From a virus, in IMG/VR virus record IMGVR_UViG_3300002559_000042: 45,389 nucleotides of DNA; one strand, written 5' to 3'. Made by a program: the position numbers and the translations under genes. This document shows positions 15,570 through 25,656 of this stretch, in pieces (within the stretch, counting starts at the first letter, position 1; the number at the start of each line of letters is the position of its first letter). The notes under the pieces were generated by a model. That model was given only the letters and a program-made list of their open reading frames with translations. It was not told the origin of the DNA and made no database searches.

Positions 15570-17252
15570 CTACTGTGTTGTTGGCCTTAGTTCATAATAC
15601 CAATCCGCATCTGCCAAATCCGGTGAAAATGCAAAGGACTTTGGTACACCGCCCTGCATGGTAAAAAATTGCCCGCCGATATAAAAGTTTTTCATGTACA
15701 CGGCTCCGTTTTTATAAACTGTATGGTCCTCGCAGTTTATTTTTATTTCGTCCCCTTTTCGGGCGATTATTGTCGGTGATGTTGTCCCTTTATTTCCTCC
15801 ATTAATAATCTCCCATACACATACGTCAGTTAAGGCAACATCGTTATTACGATATTTTACTACCGGGTCGGCTGTATCCTCTTGGATGTCGTACTTGGCG
15901 ATATACGCAGCCACTGCGGCCAGCTTTTGCGTATAAATTTTGCTTGTATCCGTCCATGTCTTTGTAATCGGTTTACTCCACATAGGATTGTGCTTGCTGT
16001 CGCATTTCATAATCTGCACCGTAAACTTATTTCCAATCTTCTCGAGCCGGATCCACCCGTAAAAATTGGTATACGTATCCGTGGATGGATCATCCGGCAG
16101 TGTAAGGGTCTTCCACAGCTGTTCTGTCTTGGTTTTTCCTTTGCTTTTTACCGTTCTCGTACCGTTTTTCACCTTTATCTTTTTGGTGGTCGTTTTCTTT
16201 TTGTGGATGCTACCCTGGTCATACATAATGTTATGATATTTATCGCCATTAAACACGGTTACCTGCAAGATCGGTTTTGCACTTATGCTGTTATCTTTTA
16301 TCCCGATCTTGCCAATGGCGTGGCCGTCCTGGTCGAGTAAGTAGAGCTCTACTTTTCCTTTAGCCCGCGGGTAATATTGTTTGTTACTAAGCCATATTGC
16401 CACCCGGTAATCCTGGTATTGACCATTTAGATTTTGCTGTACAATTGGGCCATGCCACTTATTTGCAACAGGTTTCCCAAAATTTGGATTTCCGGAGCTG
16501 TCGAGCGCAACCGTTAGCGCATCGTTTACGCTTCTCATTGCGCCGCCGATTACTCCGTTTTCAGGCGTAAAGGTAAGAGTATCAGGTGTTAGAGATAACC
16601 ATGTCGCCATAGTTGAACAGTAATCATGGAACACGAGAGGTTCCAGATCCACCGGTGAATCACCTGTATCCGGGTCCACATCGGATCCGATATAGACATA
16701 GTTTTCGTCCTGGTCAGTGATCGCAATTCGCGTCACGTCTTTTTTCGGAATGCATGTAAAAACGGGATAGCATTCCGCTGTCCCGTCCGGTGTGATCGTT
16801 ATAGGGCTTGTTGTTATGTCGTGCTGTTGGTATTCTCCGTAGCCTTTCGGATCGCTACAGCTAAAAGTAATGCTTGCGCGCCCTTTGTATAACGACCGTG
16901 TGACTTCGGTTATATTGGATACATGTGCATAATAAGTAAAGTCCTGCTCATCATCAAAAATCAAGTCAAATTCTGCATCATCGATTGGCATAAGCCAGTC
17001 ACTAATTTGGTGAATCAGATCAATACGCTGTTTATGCGAGTCGGCCACAATTTCAACATCTACCACAAAAGTACGGCTTTTCACGTTTGTTCCCAAATAT
17101 AAATCCCCGGCCATTCCGGGGATATTTTGTGTTTGTTCTTCAACTACTGGAAAAATGTTCCTATGAATCTCAATTACTCTTAAATTAAATTCCCGGGAAT
17201 GAGCACCGGCATAAAAAAATCCGAATTCTGTGTCTGTAACAGTCGCGGTCAT
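15570..17252 (-). CDS. Distal tail protein (Dit), long form with an internal insertion
   Basis: Follows the tape measure with an ATGA overlap. N-terminus FGFFYAGAHSREFNLRVIEIHRNIFPVVEEQTQNIPGMAGDLYLG fits the siphovirus tail-component N-terminal pattern. At 560 aa it is much longer than a minimal Dit. Confidence 0.8.
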   Translation of the reverse strand: MTATVTDTEFGFFYAGAHSREFNLRVIEIHRNIFPVVEEQTQNIPGMAGDLYLGTNVKSRTFVVDVEIVADSHKQRIDLIHQISDWLMPIDDAEFDLIFDDEQDFTYYAHVSNITEVTRSLYKGRASITFSCSDPKGYGEYQQHDITTSPITITPDGTAECYPVFTCIPKKDVTRIAITDQDENYVYIGSDVDPDTGDSPVDLEPLVFHDYCSTMATWLSLTPDTLTFTPENGVIGGAMRSVNDALTVALDSSGNPNFGKPVANKWHGPIVQQNLNGQYQDYRVAIWLSNKQYYPRAKGKVELYLLDQDGHAIGKIGIKDNSISAKPILQVTVFNGDKYHNIMYDQGSIHKKKTTTKKIKVKNGTRTVKSKGKTKTEQLWKTLTLPDDPSTDTYTNFYGWIRLEKIGNKFTVQIMKCDSKHNPMWSKPITKTWTDTSKIYTQKLAAVAAYIAKYDIQEDTADPVVKYRNNDVALTDVCVWEIINGGNKGTTSPTIIARKGDEIKINCEDHTVYKNGAVYMKNFYIGGQFFTMQGGVPKSFAFSPDLADADWYYELRPTTQ

Positions 17253-20200
17253 ATCGAGCTCAACCCCTTAAAAATGTTTCTCACATTCGTTGCCTGTTTA
17301 TCGTATTTGACAATTTCTGTATACACTGTTTTGCCATTCCATTGTGTAACATGGGTTTGAGGCTGGACAGCAACTTGCACTTCAATCGGCGGTATTTGGG
17401 TGCTATTTGCTTTTCCACCGCCCGCTGCAGTAGCCGCTTGTGCAAGAATAATTCTTGGACCAGATACACTGTTAACCAAATTTGTTGCTTTTGTAATGGT
17501 TCCAGCTGCGTACTTCTTTAATTTTGATATCGGTGTAACTTTGCTGCCCGCCATGAAATCATCAAAACTTGTCGGCCTGATAGCAATCGCAATCCGTCCG
17601 TCTTTTGTTTCTATGATTTCTGGTTCTTTTTCAGCAACATAAACATGTCCGCCTGCTGAATTTTCCGTTCCGTCTGCGTATCCATGCCCTTCACCTAGTC
17701 CAGACAGGTTTCTTCCATACCGGTGTTTAGCATAATTTAATGCCGCTAGCAGGTTATCAAATCCATTAAAAATGTTCCCATGACCTGGGAACTTATAGGC
17801 GTTAAATGTCGCGCTTATTGTCTGCATCAAGCCCTTTGCAAGGTCCCCGGTAATCGTGTTTATATCTGTATATCCGTGTTGGACTGCTGCTGGGTTTCCA
17901 CCGGACTCTGTTGCAATTTGCCGCAAAACTTTATTTACCATTTCGGCACTTGTAGATAGACCGTTCATGGCGAGCGCTCTTACAACGGCCGGCTTCCATC
18001 GCTGCACCCCGGATCCGCTTGGATTAACGACTAATGCATCTTTTAATTTGTTTTTTATGCCCTTAAATAATTCGTTTGGAAGCCCGATCGCCAAATCTTT
18101 TAAAACACCGGTATACTCATTTCGGAAATCTGATAGACCAACCTTATCTTTTACATACGAGATTAATTTTGATGGGTCAGAAAAGATGTCAATGGCCGTT
18201 TTTGCTCCTTTTTCTATGCCGTGCCACAATCCTGTAAAAAAGTCCCCAATTCCGCCAGCATATCCTTTTATGCCCAATTTATTTAATAGCTGCATGGATG
18301 GCCCATGCGGTAGAATGCTTGTGCCTTTTGGCAAATATCGCAATTCCGGACCGGTTTTCCCGACAATATATGTTCCAATGCCAGGAGAATGAGCCAATTC
18401 CGGACCTTCTTCCCCTGTCAGTGCAATTTCGTCTTTTGCTGTGCCAGCTGTACCTTTTGCATATCCGGGTGGATGCCATTGTGGGATGTTTATATTGCCC
18501 AGCCCAATCTTGTCAAAGATTTTATTGAAAAATCCAGTAATGCCATTGATTACATGTGCAAAGCTTGCCCGAAATTTGTCGTATTTGCTCAATACTTTCC
18601 CAGTTTCCCAATCGACTGCGTCCCTGTGTCCTTCTGCTTGTTTCTTGGCTGCGTCGACGGTTTCTCTTTGCTGTGTTTTGGCGTTTGCGATTACGGCGTC
18701 ACGCTGGTCTTTTGCGTGCTTAATGCTTTGGTCCTTTTGCCGCTTTGCGTTTTTCACTATGTCTTCGTATTCCTTTTTAGAAATCGATCCATTCACATAA
18801 TACTGCTCGTCAGCCCAATTTTTTGTTCCTTTGTATTTCTTTTCTGCCTGGTCAACTGCTTCTTTGTACTCGTTTTTTGCGTGTTTGATTGTTTGCTCTT
18901 CTTGCTTTTTGGCATTTGCGACGATTTTTGCGGCTTGTTGCGCGCTAAGTTTCCCGGCATGATCTCTCAATTTGCCCAAGATTTCCTGCTGTTCTTTTGC
19001 AGATTTAGAAACGCTTTTTGCAGCATATGAATTCATTTTGTCTTGCAGCTTGTTCACCTTTTTCTGCTCATCTTCCGTCAGGCTTCTATGGTGTTTAGCT
19101 GCATTTTCATATATTCCTTTTATTTCGTTTGTTATTTTTTGAACCTCTTTTTTGTTTTGGTTGTTGGATTTCGTAGTCTTTTTTAAGATGTTGTTATACT
19201 CGTCTTCGTTCAGACCATCCAAATATTTGAGATTCTTTTTCGCACTTTTCGTTGCATCGTCGAAATGCTTTGTGATTTGTTTTGCCATCTGCTCGTATGG
19301 TTTTACCAAACTGCCAACATTTTGTTTACTTACTTTGCGCCCTGTAACCACGAAATCTTCAAGTTTCCGTTGTGCCTGGTCCACTAATTTTGCGTAGTTG
19401 TCTATGGCTTTCTGATCCGACTTGCTGACAGTTGTTGAATCCCATTTGATTTTTAAATTCAGGGGGTTGGCGAAAAAATCTTTCACCTTGTTCATGGTGT
19501 GCATAAAATTGCCTTTTAAATCGTTACCAAGATCATTGATACTATCACGGAACGGCTTTATATGTTTATAGGCATAATAGAATCCGGTTCCGACTGCTGC
19601 AATCGCCGTAATTATCCATCCAACCGGATTGCTCAATCCAAAAATGGCAGCGCCTGTATCTCCAAAAGCCCCAATTAAAAAACGCATATTTTTTACAGTT
19701 CCGAGCGCTTGCCAGCCAAATCTCAAAATACCGCTTCCTGCTTTTAAAATTTCCGGGAGAAAGTTGGCTGCAATGCCTGCAATCATGCCCCATTTTCCAC
19801 CAAATGCTATAAGTGCTGCACCACCAATGTTGGCAGCACTTCTTAAAATACCCATACGTTTGCCCACAAGACTAAAAGCTTCGCTGCTAGCAGCTACTTT
19901 TTCGTTGGATGCTATTGTTGTTGCCGCCATCGTTTCTGACGACCGTGCTGTTAGTGCCATTGACCCGCGCAAACGGCCTAACCCACCCATTACGATATTA
20001 AAGGAATCTACAATGCCAGCAATTTTTTTCATGGCCCAGATTTCGCCGTAAAGGATACCGAAAGCTTTGGCAAATCCGAGGATGGTGTCTTTGTGGTCTT
20101 TTACATATTCCACAATGTCTGTGATTTTGCTTACAACTTGTGCTGCGTCTTTCCCAAGATTTGTAAAGTAAGCATCTGCCTTACTTGATGCCAACCAGTC

Positions 20201-21295
20201 TTCCAAGTCTTTAAATCCACTCTTTTTCAAATTGAAAATCGGTGCGGTAAATTTTCCGGCCAGACGTCCCCAGTTCGATTCGATCGACCGCCATAATCCT
20301 TGCGTCGTATTCATGGCGTTTTCTGTGGCGTCCTTGTATTTGTGGGACATATTAATAAGTGTTTCTTCCACGACTTTTGCATCCAGTTGCCCTTTTTCGG
20401 CCATCTTTCTAATGGCTCCCATTGTCATGCCAGTGGTTTCCTGCAACGCTTCGCCAAAAGCCGGAAAGGCGTTGGTCATGATGTTTAAATCCCCCGTGTA
20501 TGCTTTTCCGGTCGCCATCATCTGGCTAAACTGTTCCGCTACACCAACAAGGCGTTCATTAGACAAGCCCATGGCATCGCCGAGAGTGGTAAATGCGCGT
20601 GTCATGGTCTCAGTCTCGGATGCGCTTGATTTGATGTGGTAAATTTTTTGCTCCATCTCGTTGAGAGCATCGGTAGCATATCCGGTTTGCCGCTGGAACA
20701 TGTTAATCATGTCCACCATTTGTTTGCCCTTCGTCGCTGATCCGGCTAAAGTCGTCCATGTAGCTATCATCTTATCCTGTGTTGCGTTGTATTCGATGCC
20801 GGCATGGATCAGCCCAGAAATGCCGTTTTTAATTGTCGATACAGCGCTGGACGCCATATTTCCAAGAAATGTGCCCACAAACGAGCCTTTCAACACGGAA
20901 GAAATCTGACTACGCGCTTCCTCTGCTTCCTTAACCATCTTCTGCCGGGCTTTCTGTGCCTCTCTTACTGCCGCTGATTCGTCCACCTGGACTTTCTGCT
21001 CAATCGGTTTGGCTGTTTCCTCTTTTACTTTCTCATGGATTTTCTCGGCCTGCCTTGTGACCTTGTCGTCAATCTTGACTTCTTGTTCGACAGGCTTATC
21101 AAATTCTTTATCTACCTTGTCAGCTGTTTTTTCAGCTTCCTTTACCATTCTTTCGGCATTCTTTTTAAAATTGGCATCCATATCTTTGCCAGTGTCTTGG
21201 CCCATAGCTTTTAAGAGTGTTTCAATAACCTGAATATCTGATTTTACGCCTTTATTATCAAGCTTAACCTCTATTACGACTTTGCCATCACTCAT
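17249..21295 (-). CDS. Tape measure protein with a C-terminal lytic-transglycosylase (SLT) region
   Basis: About 1348 aa, coiled-coil and TM-rich centre, position after the chaperone genes. SLT signature IATESGGNPAAVQHGYTDINTITGDLAKGLMQ. Start set at ATG 21295 (RBS AAGGCGGTG) rather than the track start 21337. Confidence 0.9.
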   Translation of the reverse strand: MSDGKVVIEVKLDNKGVKSDIQVIETLLKAMGQDTGKDMDANFKKNAERMVKEAEKTADKVDKEFDKPVEQEVKIDDKVTRQAEKIHEKVKEETAKPIEQKVQVDESAAVREAQKARQKMVKEAEEARSQISSVLKGSFVGTFLGNMASSAVSTIKNGISGLIHAGIEYNATQDKMIATWTTLAGSATKGKQMVDMINMFQRQTGYATDALNEMEQKIYHIKSSASETETMTRAFTTLGDAMGLSNERLVGVAEQFSQMMATGKAYTGDLNIMTNAFPAFGEALQETTGMTMGAIRKMAEKGQLDAKVVEETLINMSHKYKDATENAMNTTQGLWRSIESNWGRLAGKFTAPIFNLKKSGFKDLEDWLASSKADAYFTNLGKDAAQVVSKITDIVEYVKDHKDTILGFAKAFGILYGEIWAMKKIAGIVDSFNIVMGGLGRLRGSMALTARSSETMAATTIASNEKVAASSEAFSLVGKRMGILRSAANIGGAALIAFGGKWGMIAGIAANFLPEILKAGSGILRFGWQALGTVKNMRFLIGAFGDTGAAIFGLSNPVGWIITAIAAVGTGFYYAYKHIKPFRDSINDLGNDLKGNFMHTMNKVKDFFANPLNLKIKWDSTTVSKSDQKAIDNYAKLVDQAQRKLEDFVVTGRKVSKQNVGSLVKPYEQMAKQITKHFDDATKSAKKNLKYLDGLNEDEYNNILKKTTKSNNQNKKEVQKITNEIKGIYENAAKHHRSLTEDEQKKVNKLQDKMNSYAAKSVSKSAKEQQEILGKLRDHAGKLSAQQAAKIVANAKKQEEQTIKHAKNEYKEAVDQAEKKYKGTKNWADEQYYVNGSISKKEYEDIVKNAKRQKDQSIKHAKDQRDAVIANAKTQQRETVDAAKKQAEGHRDAVDWETGKVLSKYDKFRASFAHVINGITGFFNKIFDKIGLGNINIPQWHPPGYAKGTAGTAKDEIALTGEEGPELAHSPGIGTYIVGKTGPELRYLPKGTSILPHGPSMQLLNKLGIKGYAGGIGDFFTGLWHGIEKGAKTAIDIFSDPSKLISYVKDKVGLSDFRNEYTGVLKDLAIGLPNELFKGIKNKLKDALVVNPSGSGVQRWKPAVVRALAMNGLSTSAEMVNKVLRQIATESGGNPAAVQHGYTDINTITGDLAKGLMQTISATFNAYKFPGHGNIFNGFDNLLAALNYAKHRYGRNLSGLGEGHGYADGTENSAGGHVYVAEKEPEIIETKDGRIAIAIRPTSFDDFMAGSKVTPISKLKKYAAGTITKATNLVNSVSGPRIILAQAATAAGGGKANSTQIPPIEVQVAVQPQTHVTQWNGKTVYTEIVKYDKQATNVRNIFKGLSSI

Positions 21296-21908
21296 TCGTT
21301 TCACCGCCTTTCTGAGCAGACTCAACCAATCGATCAAACATGCTGTCTATTTCCTGTTCAGCATAGGAAACACTATCCTCGCCTTTTAATGCATACAAAT
21401 CTTTCAATTGTATCAGCCGATTGCGCTCGGCAATTTCATATTCGCTGTTTCCGGCTGGGATTTCCGCCGCACGGATGCTTACAACCTGGCTAAATTTCGT
21501 GCGTTCGCTTAAACTGTTAAGCATTGCAATAAATTTTTCCCACCGGAGTATACCCTGTAAATCGATCAAGTCTATCCCATAGTCCTGTAAAAAAGATGCA
21601 TAAATATAATCCGCATCCTGTTCCCAACTGTAATATTGTTTGTGGTTTTCACTTGGCTCTAGTTCTTCCTCGTCCTGCCCGGAGATATATTTGGAGATGG
21701 CTTGCACTGTTTCAATTTGTGTTTCGATATCCGCAGTGCATTCTGGTACAAACATTTTAAAAGCGAGCTGTATCTTTTCGATTTCATTCACGCTATCATC
21801 ATTCATAAGTTCATAAAATCGTAGCACGTTGTCATATGACAAATCCCATTCATAAGTTTGTCCATTAATCTCAATTTCGTTATCTAATGGCTGTGTCAGG
21901 CTCAACAT
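21288..21908 (-). CDS. Tail assembly chaperone-position protein (Gp15-like)
   Basis: Second of two ORFs between the major tail and tape measure genes. N-terminus MLSLTQPLDNEIEINGQTYEWDLSYDNVLRFYEL resembles the Listeria-phage Gp15 family from memory. Confidence 0.65.
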   Translation of the reverse strand: MLSLTQPLDNEIEINGQTYEWDLSYDNVLRFYELMNDDSVNEIEKIQLAFKMFVPECTADIETQIETVQAISKYISGQDEEELEPSENHKQYYSWEQDADYIYASFLQDYGIDLIDLQGILRWEKFIAMLNSLSERTKFSQVVSIRAAEIPAGNSEYEIAERNRLIQLKDLYALKGEDSVSYAEQEIDSMFDRLVESAQKGGETNE

Positions 21909-21914
21909 GGATCA

Positions 21915-22340
21915 TCATCGCTTTTGGTTGCGGTTTTTCACATACTTTTTGGCAGTCCTGTCAGACTCCGTTTCAATATCCATCACTTTACGATAGATCA
22001 CTTTCCACACTTCCATGAATACTTTCTGCATGTTCGGTGTAGACTTTCCACAGATGGCATAAATCTTTTCACCGGCCCCTTCACCAAAAGTTTCGTCGAA
22101 AAAAGATTTATAGCTTTCCGCCCGGGCTGGGAGCACGTCAATGACTGCGGTGCAGACCTTACCGAAATCATCAGTGTTCTCGATATCCGGATATTTTTCA
22201 CTAACTTGTTTGTCGTATTCCCAGATTTTTTGCCCTTGCTTGAAATATTTTTTCAATGCCTCATCGTTAAAATCAGCTTCATATGTCTTGTCTCCAATTT
22301 GAAAGGTTTCAGTTACTTTTTGCAGATTAATTTTAATCAT
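21915..22340 (-). CDS. Tail assembly chaperone-position protein
   Basis: 141-aa acidic ORF immediately after the major tail gene and its terminator. Confidence 0.6.
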   Translation of the reverse strand: MIKINLQKVTETFQIGDKTYEADFNDEALKKYFKQGQKIWEYDKQVSEKYPDIENTDDFGKVCTAVIDVLPARAESYKSFFDETFGEGAGEKIYAICGKSTPNMQKVFMEVWKVIYRKVMDIETESDRTAKKYVKNRNQKR

Positions 22341-22367
22341 TTAGCACACTTCCTTTTTTGGTATGTA

Positions 22368-22393
22368 CAAAAAGGGGCACAAAGCCCCTTTTT
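22368..22393. terminator. Hairpin terminator/attenuator just after the major tail protein gene
   Basis: aaaaa-GGGGC-acaaa-GCCCC-ttttt, overlapping the stop at 22392-22394. Confidence 0.7.
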
Positions 22394-22862
22394 ATCCTGC
22401 GGCCTGACCTTGCGCGGCCTGATCTTGCACAACCGGTGCTCCATTAAAGTTAGCTGTAAAGCTAAACGTTTGCTTTGCGTTTGCTGCGCCTCCGGAGGTG
22501 GTAATAGCGCTCAAAGTGACTTGAGCCACAACTACACGGCCGTCTGATTTTGTCCACCTTAGCAGCGTTTTGCAATCGTCTCCAAGTGAAAACTCTTTGC
22601 TTGTAATATAATCTTGTGCGGCGTCGCCCTCGACACGGTTACCGGAAAACGCAAGCGAGAAGTTTTTTCCGGTTACATCTGTACTTGCAAATCCGCCACC
22701 GTTGTAGTAGGCTGTATTGTCCGTTGTGTCACCTGGAGCAGGTGTAACCGTGGAAATCCCGGCTGCAATCGGAACAAATTCAGCTCCTGTCGTCGAATTC
22801 GGGTCTAAATTCCCTTTTGTGTCGATCTCAAACTTGTTTTTGTAGTTTAAGTTAAAAGCCAT
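22392..22862 (-). CDS. Major tail protein
   Basis: 156 aa, position and size typical, followed by an attenuator hairpin. Sequence MAFNLNYKNKFEIDTKGN...TAYYNGGGFASTDVTGKNFSLAFSGNRVEGDAAQDYI. Confidence 0.8.
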   Translation of the reverse strand: MAFNLNYKNKFEIDTKGNLDPNSTTGAEFVPIAAGISTVTPAPGDTTDNTAYYNGGGFASTDVTGKNFSLAFSGNRVEGDAAQDYITSKEFSLGDDCKTLLRWTKSDGRVVVAQVTLSAITTSGGAANAKQTFSFTANFNGAPVVQDQAAQGQAAG

Positions 22863-22867
22863 TCATC

Positions 22868-23296
22868 TCACTCCTTTAATAAAAGTTCAGCCTCGAAATT
22901 TGATACATATAAAAAGCCGTGAGTGTCAGCTTGCACCAAATTTGGCACGCTTCTAATCACGGCATTAATAAACTCAAATGTTCCATTTTTGCTTTTAATG
23001 TCACCACTTTTAAGCCCATCTATGAATCTATTGATGCTGAATAATGTGTTGAGGACTTGTAGCTGATCAGGGCTGCGAGCACTAATTTGAAAAGCATACA
23101 TCCTGTCACGGCTGCCATCCATGAATCGTGTTTCCTCACCGATTGGCGTTAACATGAAGGCGATACCACTTCCTGTGCCGTCCACATTGATTTTAATGAT
23201 TGGCACATCAATGGGCGCAAATAAATTGCAATTTGCTTCAATTGCGTCAATCATACAGTCCTGAAAATCGAGTTCGTTTGCGTTATTCTCTGTCAA
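22868..23296 (-). CDS. Head-tail joining / tail completion protein (position-based)
   Basis: 142-aa ORF immediately upstream of the major tail gene, coupled to its neighbours. Confidence 0.55.
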   Translation of the reverse strand: MTENNANELDFQDCMIDAIEANCNLFAPIDVPIIKINVDGTGSGIAFMLTPIGEETRFMDGSRDRMYAFQISARSPDQLQVLNTLFSINRFIDGLKSGDIKSKNGTFEFINAVIRSVPNLVQADTHGFLYVSNFEAELLLKE

Positions 23297-23663
23297 GTCC
23301 CCGTTTCACTCCTTCCTGTGCAACGGTTCTCCATTGACTACCACGTGTTGCCTTTGCTTCTTCAAACCACAAGCCACGAGCATGCGGGTTTTTGTCTTTA
23401 GAAAAATTGTATTCTGGATGGTAATAAAGTCGTCGCGCATAGGGCGTATCCCAAACAATTTCACCACGCTGCAAATCCGATGCCTGAAAAGATGACCGTT
23501 CCAACGTGCCTTGATCTTTTGGGATATAGTAATTACAATCTTTCCGCACTTGTTCGCTTGTGACGTATAGCCCGTATGCTATCGCTTTATCGATTTTTTT
23601 AGGGATATTCCCGATATCGACTTGTACGCTAATCATTCTGTTCACATCCCGTTCAGTTCGCAC
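23283..23663 (-). CDS. Head-tail joining protein (position-based)
   Basis: 126-aa ORF overlapping both neighbours within the head-to-tail connector block. Confidence 0.55.
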   Translation of the reverse strand: MRTERDVNRMISVQVDIGNIPKKIDKAIAYGLYVTSEQVRKDCNYYIPKDQGTLERSSFQASDLQRGEIVWDTPYARRLYYHPEYNFSKDKNPHARGLWFEEAKATRGSQWRTVAQEGVKRGLDRE

Positions 23664-24016
23664 TCATAATGATGGACTTCATTTCCGGCCAGTAGCTCAT
23701 TCGCGTTACTGATGATGTAATCCTTGCCGTCATACGTCACCTTGTCTTTTTCTTTCGGGACAATTTTCAAATCCTGTTCTATGCCATTCACGACTTGATT
23801 TGACGTGTTTACATCGATATACAGCATAGATATAAAGTCGATTGTTTCAGCGTTGGCTCCGAATTTTAGCTGAGACTTTGGCACAACACGAACATGTGTG
23901 ATCGTGACCGGATCCGCGTAAGAATCACCGTATCGGACGCTTCCGTTGTAGGAATGCAGCTGGACAGTGTGCGGCATCATGATTGGAGGAATTGGCTTGA
24001 TAAAAATTGTAATCAC
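23642..24016 (-). CDS. Head-tail joining / minor capsid-family protein (position-based)
   Basis: 124-aa ORF in the connector block. Confidence 0.55.
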   Translation of the reverse strand: MITIFIKPIPPIMMPHTVQLHSYNGSVRYGDSYADPVTITHVRVVPKSQLKFGANAETIDFISMLYIDVNTSNQVVNGIEQDLKIVPKEKDKVTYDGKDYIISNANELLAGNEVHHYECELNGM

Positions 24017-24051
24017 CCCCGAAACGTCCCGACAAATGGCAGATAAGGCAT

Positions 24052-24441
24052 TTAATAAGCATCCACTCCGCTATACATCAGCCCGGTTTGTGCCAGGTAC
24101 TCCATCGCCACCTCGGACTGCAGCAAGTTCTTCTTGTTGTCTGTCTGCGGATTAGTAAAGCTAAACCCGCCAATTGACGCACTCTGCACCGTCTGCATGC
24201 CCGCCTCTGTATGGCTGCCCAGTTCATAGAAATATTCCATTTGTGCCGAGATAGCCATTTTGACAAGCCATTGAATACGCGGAATCTGCTTTGAAAAATC
24301 AATTTGGCTCAATCTAAAGAAAGTCGCCTGATCAATTACACGTTCAGCCGCATTGGCGATTTCTGTAAACTTATCGGTCTGAATGGCTGTTCCGCCGTAT
24401 TCGTTCGTGTAAAAATCCTGATCGATGTATTTCATCGTCAC
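24052..24441 (-). CDS. Head-tail connector/adaptor protein (position-based)
   Basis: 129-aa ORF, the second gene after the capsid gene. Confidence 0.55.
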   Translation of the reverse strand: MTMKYIDQDFYTNEYGGTAIQTDKFTEIANAAERVIDQATFFRLSQIDFSKQIPRIQWLVKMAISAQMEYFYELGSHTEAGMQTVQSASIGGFSFTNPQTDNKKNLLQSEVAMEYLAQTGLMYSGVDAY

Positions 24442-24674
24442 TCACTCTTTTTCTGCTTGGTTCCTTTTGGAGCTGCTAGTTCATTTTCCAGCTCCGCCAC
24501 ACGGTCGAGCAGCCGATTATATTCGGCGAGTGAGACCATACGTCCGCCGGTTGCCCTTTTAATGACATTTCCGACATCATCAATCTGGTCATATCCATCT
24601 TGCAGATAAACATCTAGGCGTGTTTCTGGAATGGTTAGGACGCGGTTTTCTTTTCGCACTCTAATTTCACCCAT
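24438..24674 (-). CDS. Hypothetical small head-module protein
   Basis: 78-aa ORF with a GGAGG-type RBS (aaaggaggcatagacaATG). Its stop overlaps the next start. Confidence 0.6.
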   Translation of the reverse strand: MGEIRVRKENRVLTIPETRLDVYLQDGYDQIDDVGNVIKRATGGRMVSLAEYNRLLDRVAELENELAAPKGTKQKKSE

Positions 24675-24690
24675 TGTCTATGCCTCCTTT

Positions 24691-24721
24691 ACGATAATAA
24701 AGAGGAGCGTAAAGCTCCTCT
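24691..24721 (-). terminator. Hairpin attenuator/terminator directly after the major capsid gene
   Basis: The minus strand reads AGAGGAGC-tttac-GCTCCTCT followed by ttattatcg, starting 2 nt after the TAA at 24723-24725. Confidence 0.6.
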
Positions 24722-24722
24722 A

Positions 24723-25634
24723 TTAAGACCCTGACTGTTGAGTAGTCTGTGTAATCGCAAACTTAATACCAGGTGCTTTTTGCTCAAGCACAAATACATC
24801 CCAGTAAGCGCGTTCGTAGTACAGATATTTACCCCCTGTAACTGCGCTCGGTTCACTCAAAGACACAAATTCATATTTCATCGGTGTGATGATCGATAAT
24901 GGATGCACCAGAATCATGTTGATTTGTGCTGCTGATGTGTCCGCAATCGCGCCATCCGTAAAGTTGTAGATGGTTTTCATCCGGGAAGATGGAACCGTTA
25001 CAATTTTGACTTCGTCGAGCGAACGAACATTACGATTAATGGCGCCCCCTGCATCCGTCACTTGCAAGAAACGAGTCACTTTATCGGCGTTTTTCAGCAC
25101 TTTTGAAACCGTTGGTGTCACATAAAGAATACGTCCGTTTTGTGGTACTTCAGCTTCGTCCATTTCATACATCAGTTCATCATACATGCCCAAAACATTC
25201 GATTCCGTAATGTTATCCGTCAATGCAGTACCGCCATATTTGGTAAATTCCGTGTACAGTTTTGACGCCATGTATTTGTCAAGTTCCGGAATTTTTTCCT
25301 CGTCATTGAAAACCCGGGTAATATTGGCGATGCTTAAAGCAAGGTTTGTTTCATCGATGTCTGTCGGGTCAACAAGCGTGCGGAATTCCCGATCGTGTTG
25401 CAAGGTCTTGCTTTCCCATGCGTTGTCAGCGCGGCGAGTATAACCGCCAACGGCATCACGAGCAACATCTTGATACCCACCAACAACAATATGCGGGATT
25501 TGGACCGTTTTTGCATTTACCCATTTGATATTGTCGTTGTTCGGCGTATTATAAAGGTCGTAAAACATAAGGGCGTCGGCGAATCTTTGTTGTAACGCCT
25601 GTAAGTAAAGTTCAGCGTAATTGACTACTGCCAT
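24723..25634 (-). CDS. Major capsid protein
   Basis: 303 aa, immediately after the scaffold gene. N-terminus MAVVNYAELYLQALQQRFADALMFYDLYN resembles A118/Sfi11-type capsid proteins from memory. Confidence 0.85.
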   Translation of the reverse strand: MAVVNYAELYLQALQQRFADALMFYDLYNTPNNDNIKWVNAKTVQIPHIVVGGYQDVARDAVGGYTRRADNAWESKTLQHDREFRTLVDPTDIDETNLALSIANITRVFNDEEKIPELDKYMASKLYTEFTKYGGTALTDNITESNVLGMYDELMYEMDEAEVPQNGRILYVTPTVSKVLKNADKVTRFLQVTDAGGAINRNVRSLDEVKIVTVPSSRMKTIYNFTDGAIADTSAAQINMILVHPLSIITPMKYEFVSLSEPSAVTGGKYLYYERAYWDVFVLEQKAPGIKFAITQTTQQSGS

Positions 25635-25656
25635 GCTCTATCACTCTCCAAAAATT

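Noticed and set aside
21906-21920. Expected -1 programmed frameshift (G/GT-type) between the two tail-chaperone-position genes
   Set aside because: The two ORFs are in the same frame, separated by tandem stops (cga TGA TGA tcc ATG). I could not find a slippery heptamer feeding an overlapping frame. The canonical frameshift architecture is not supported here.
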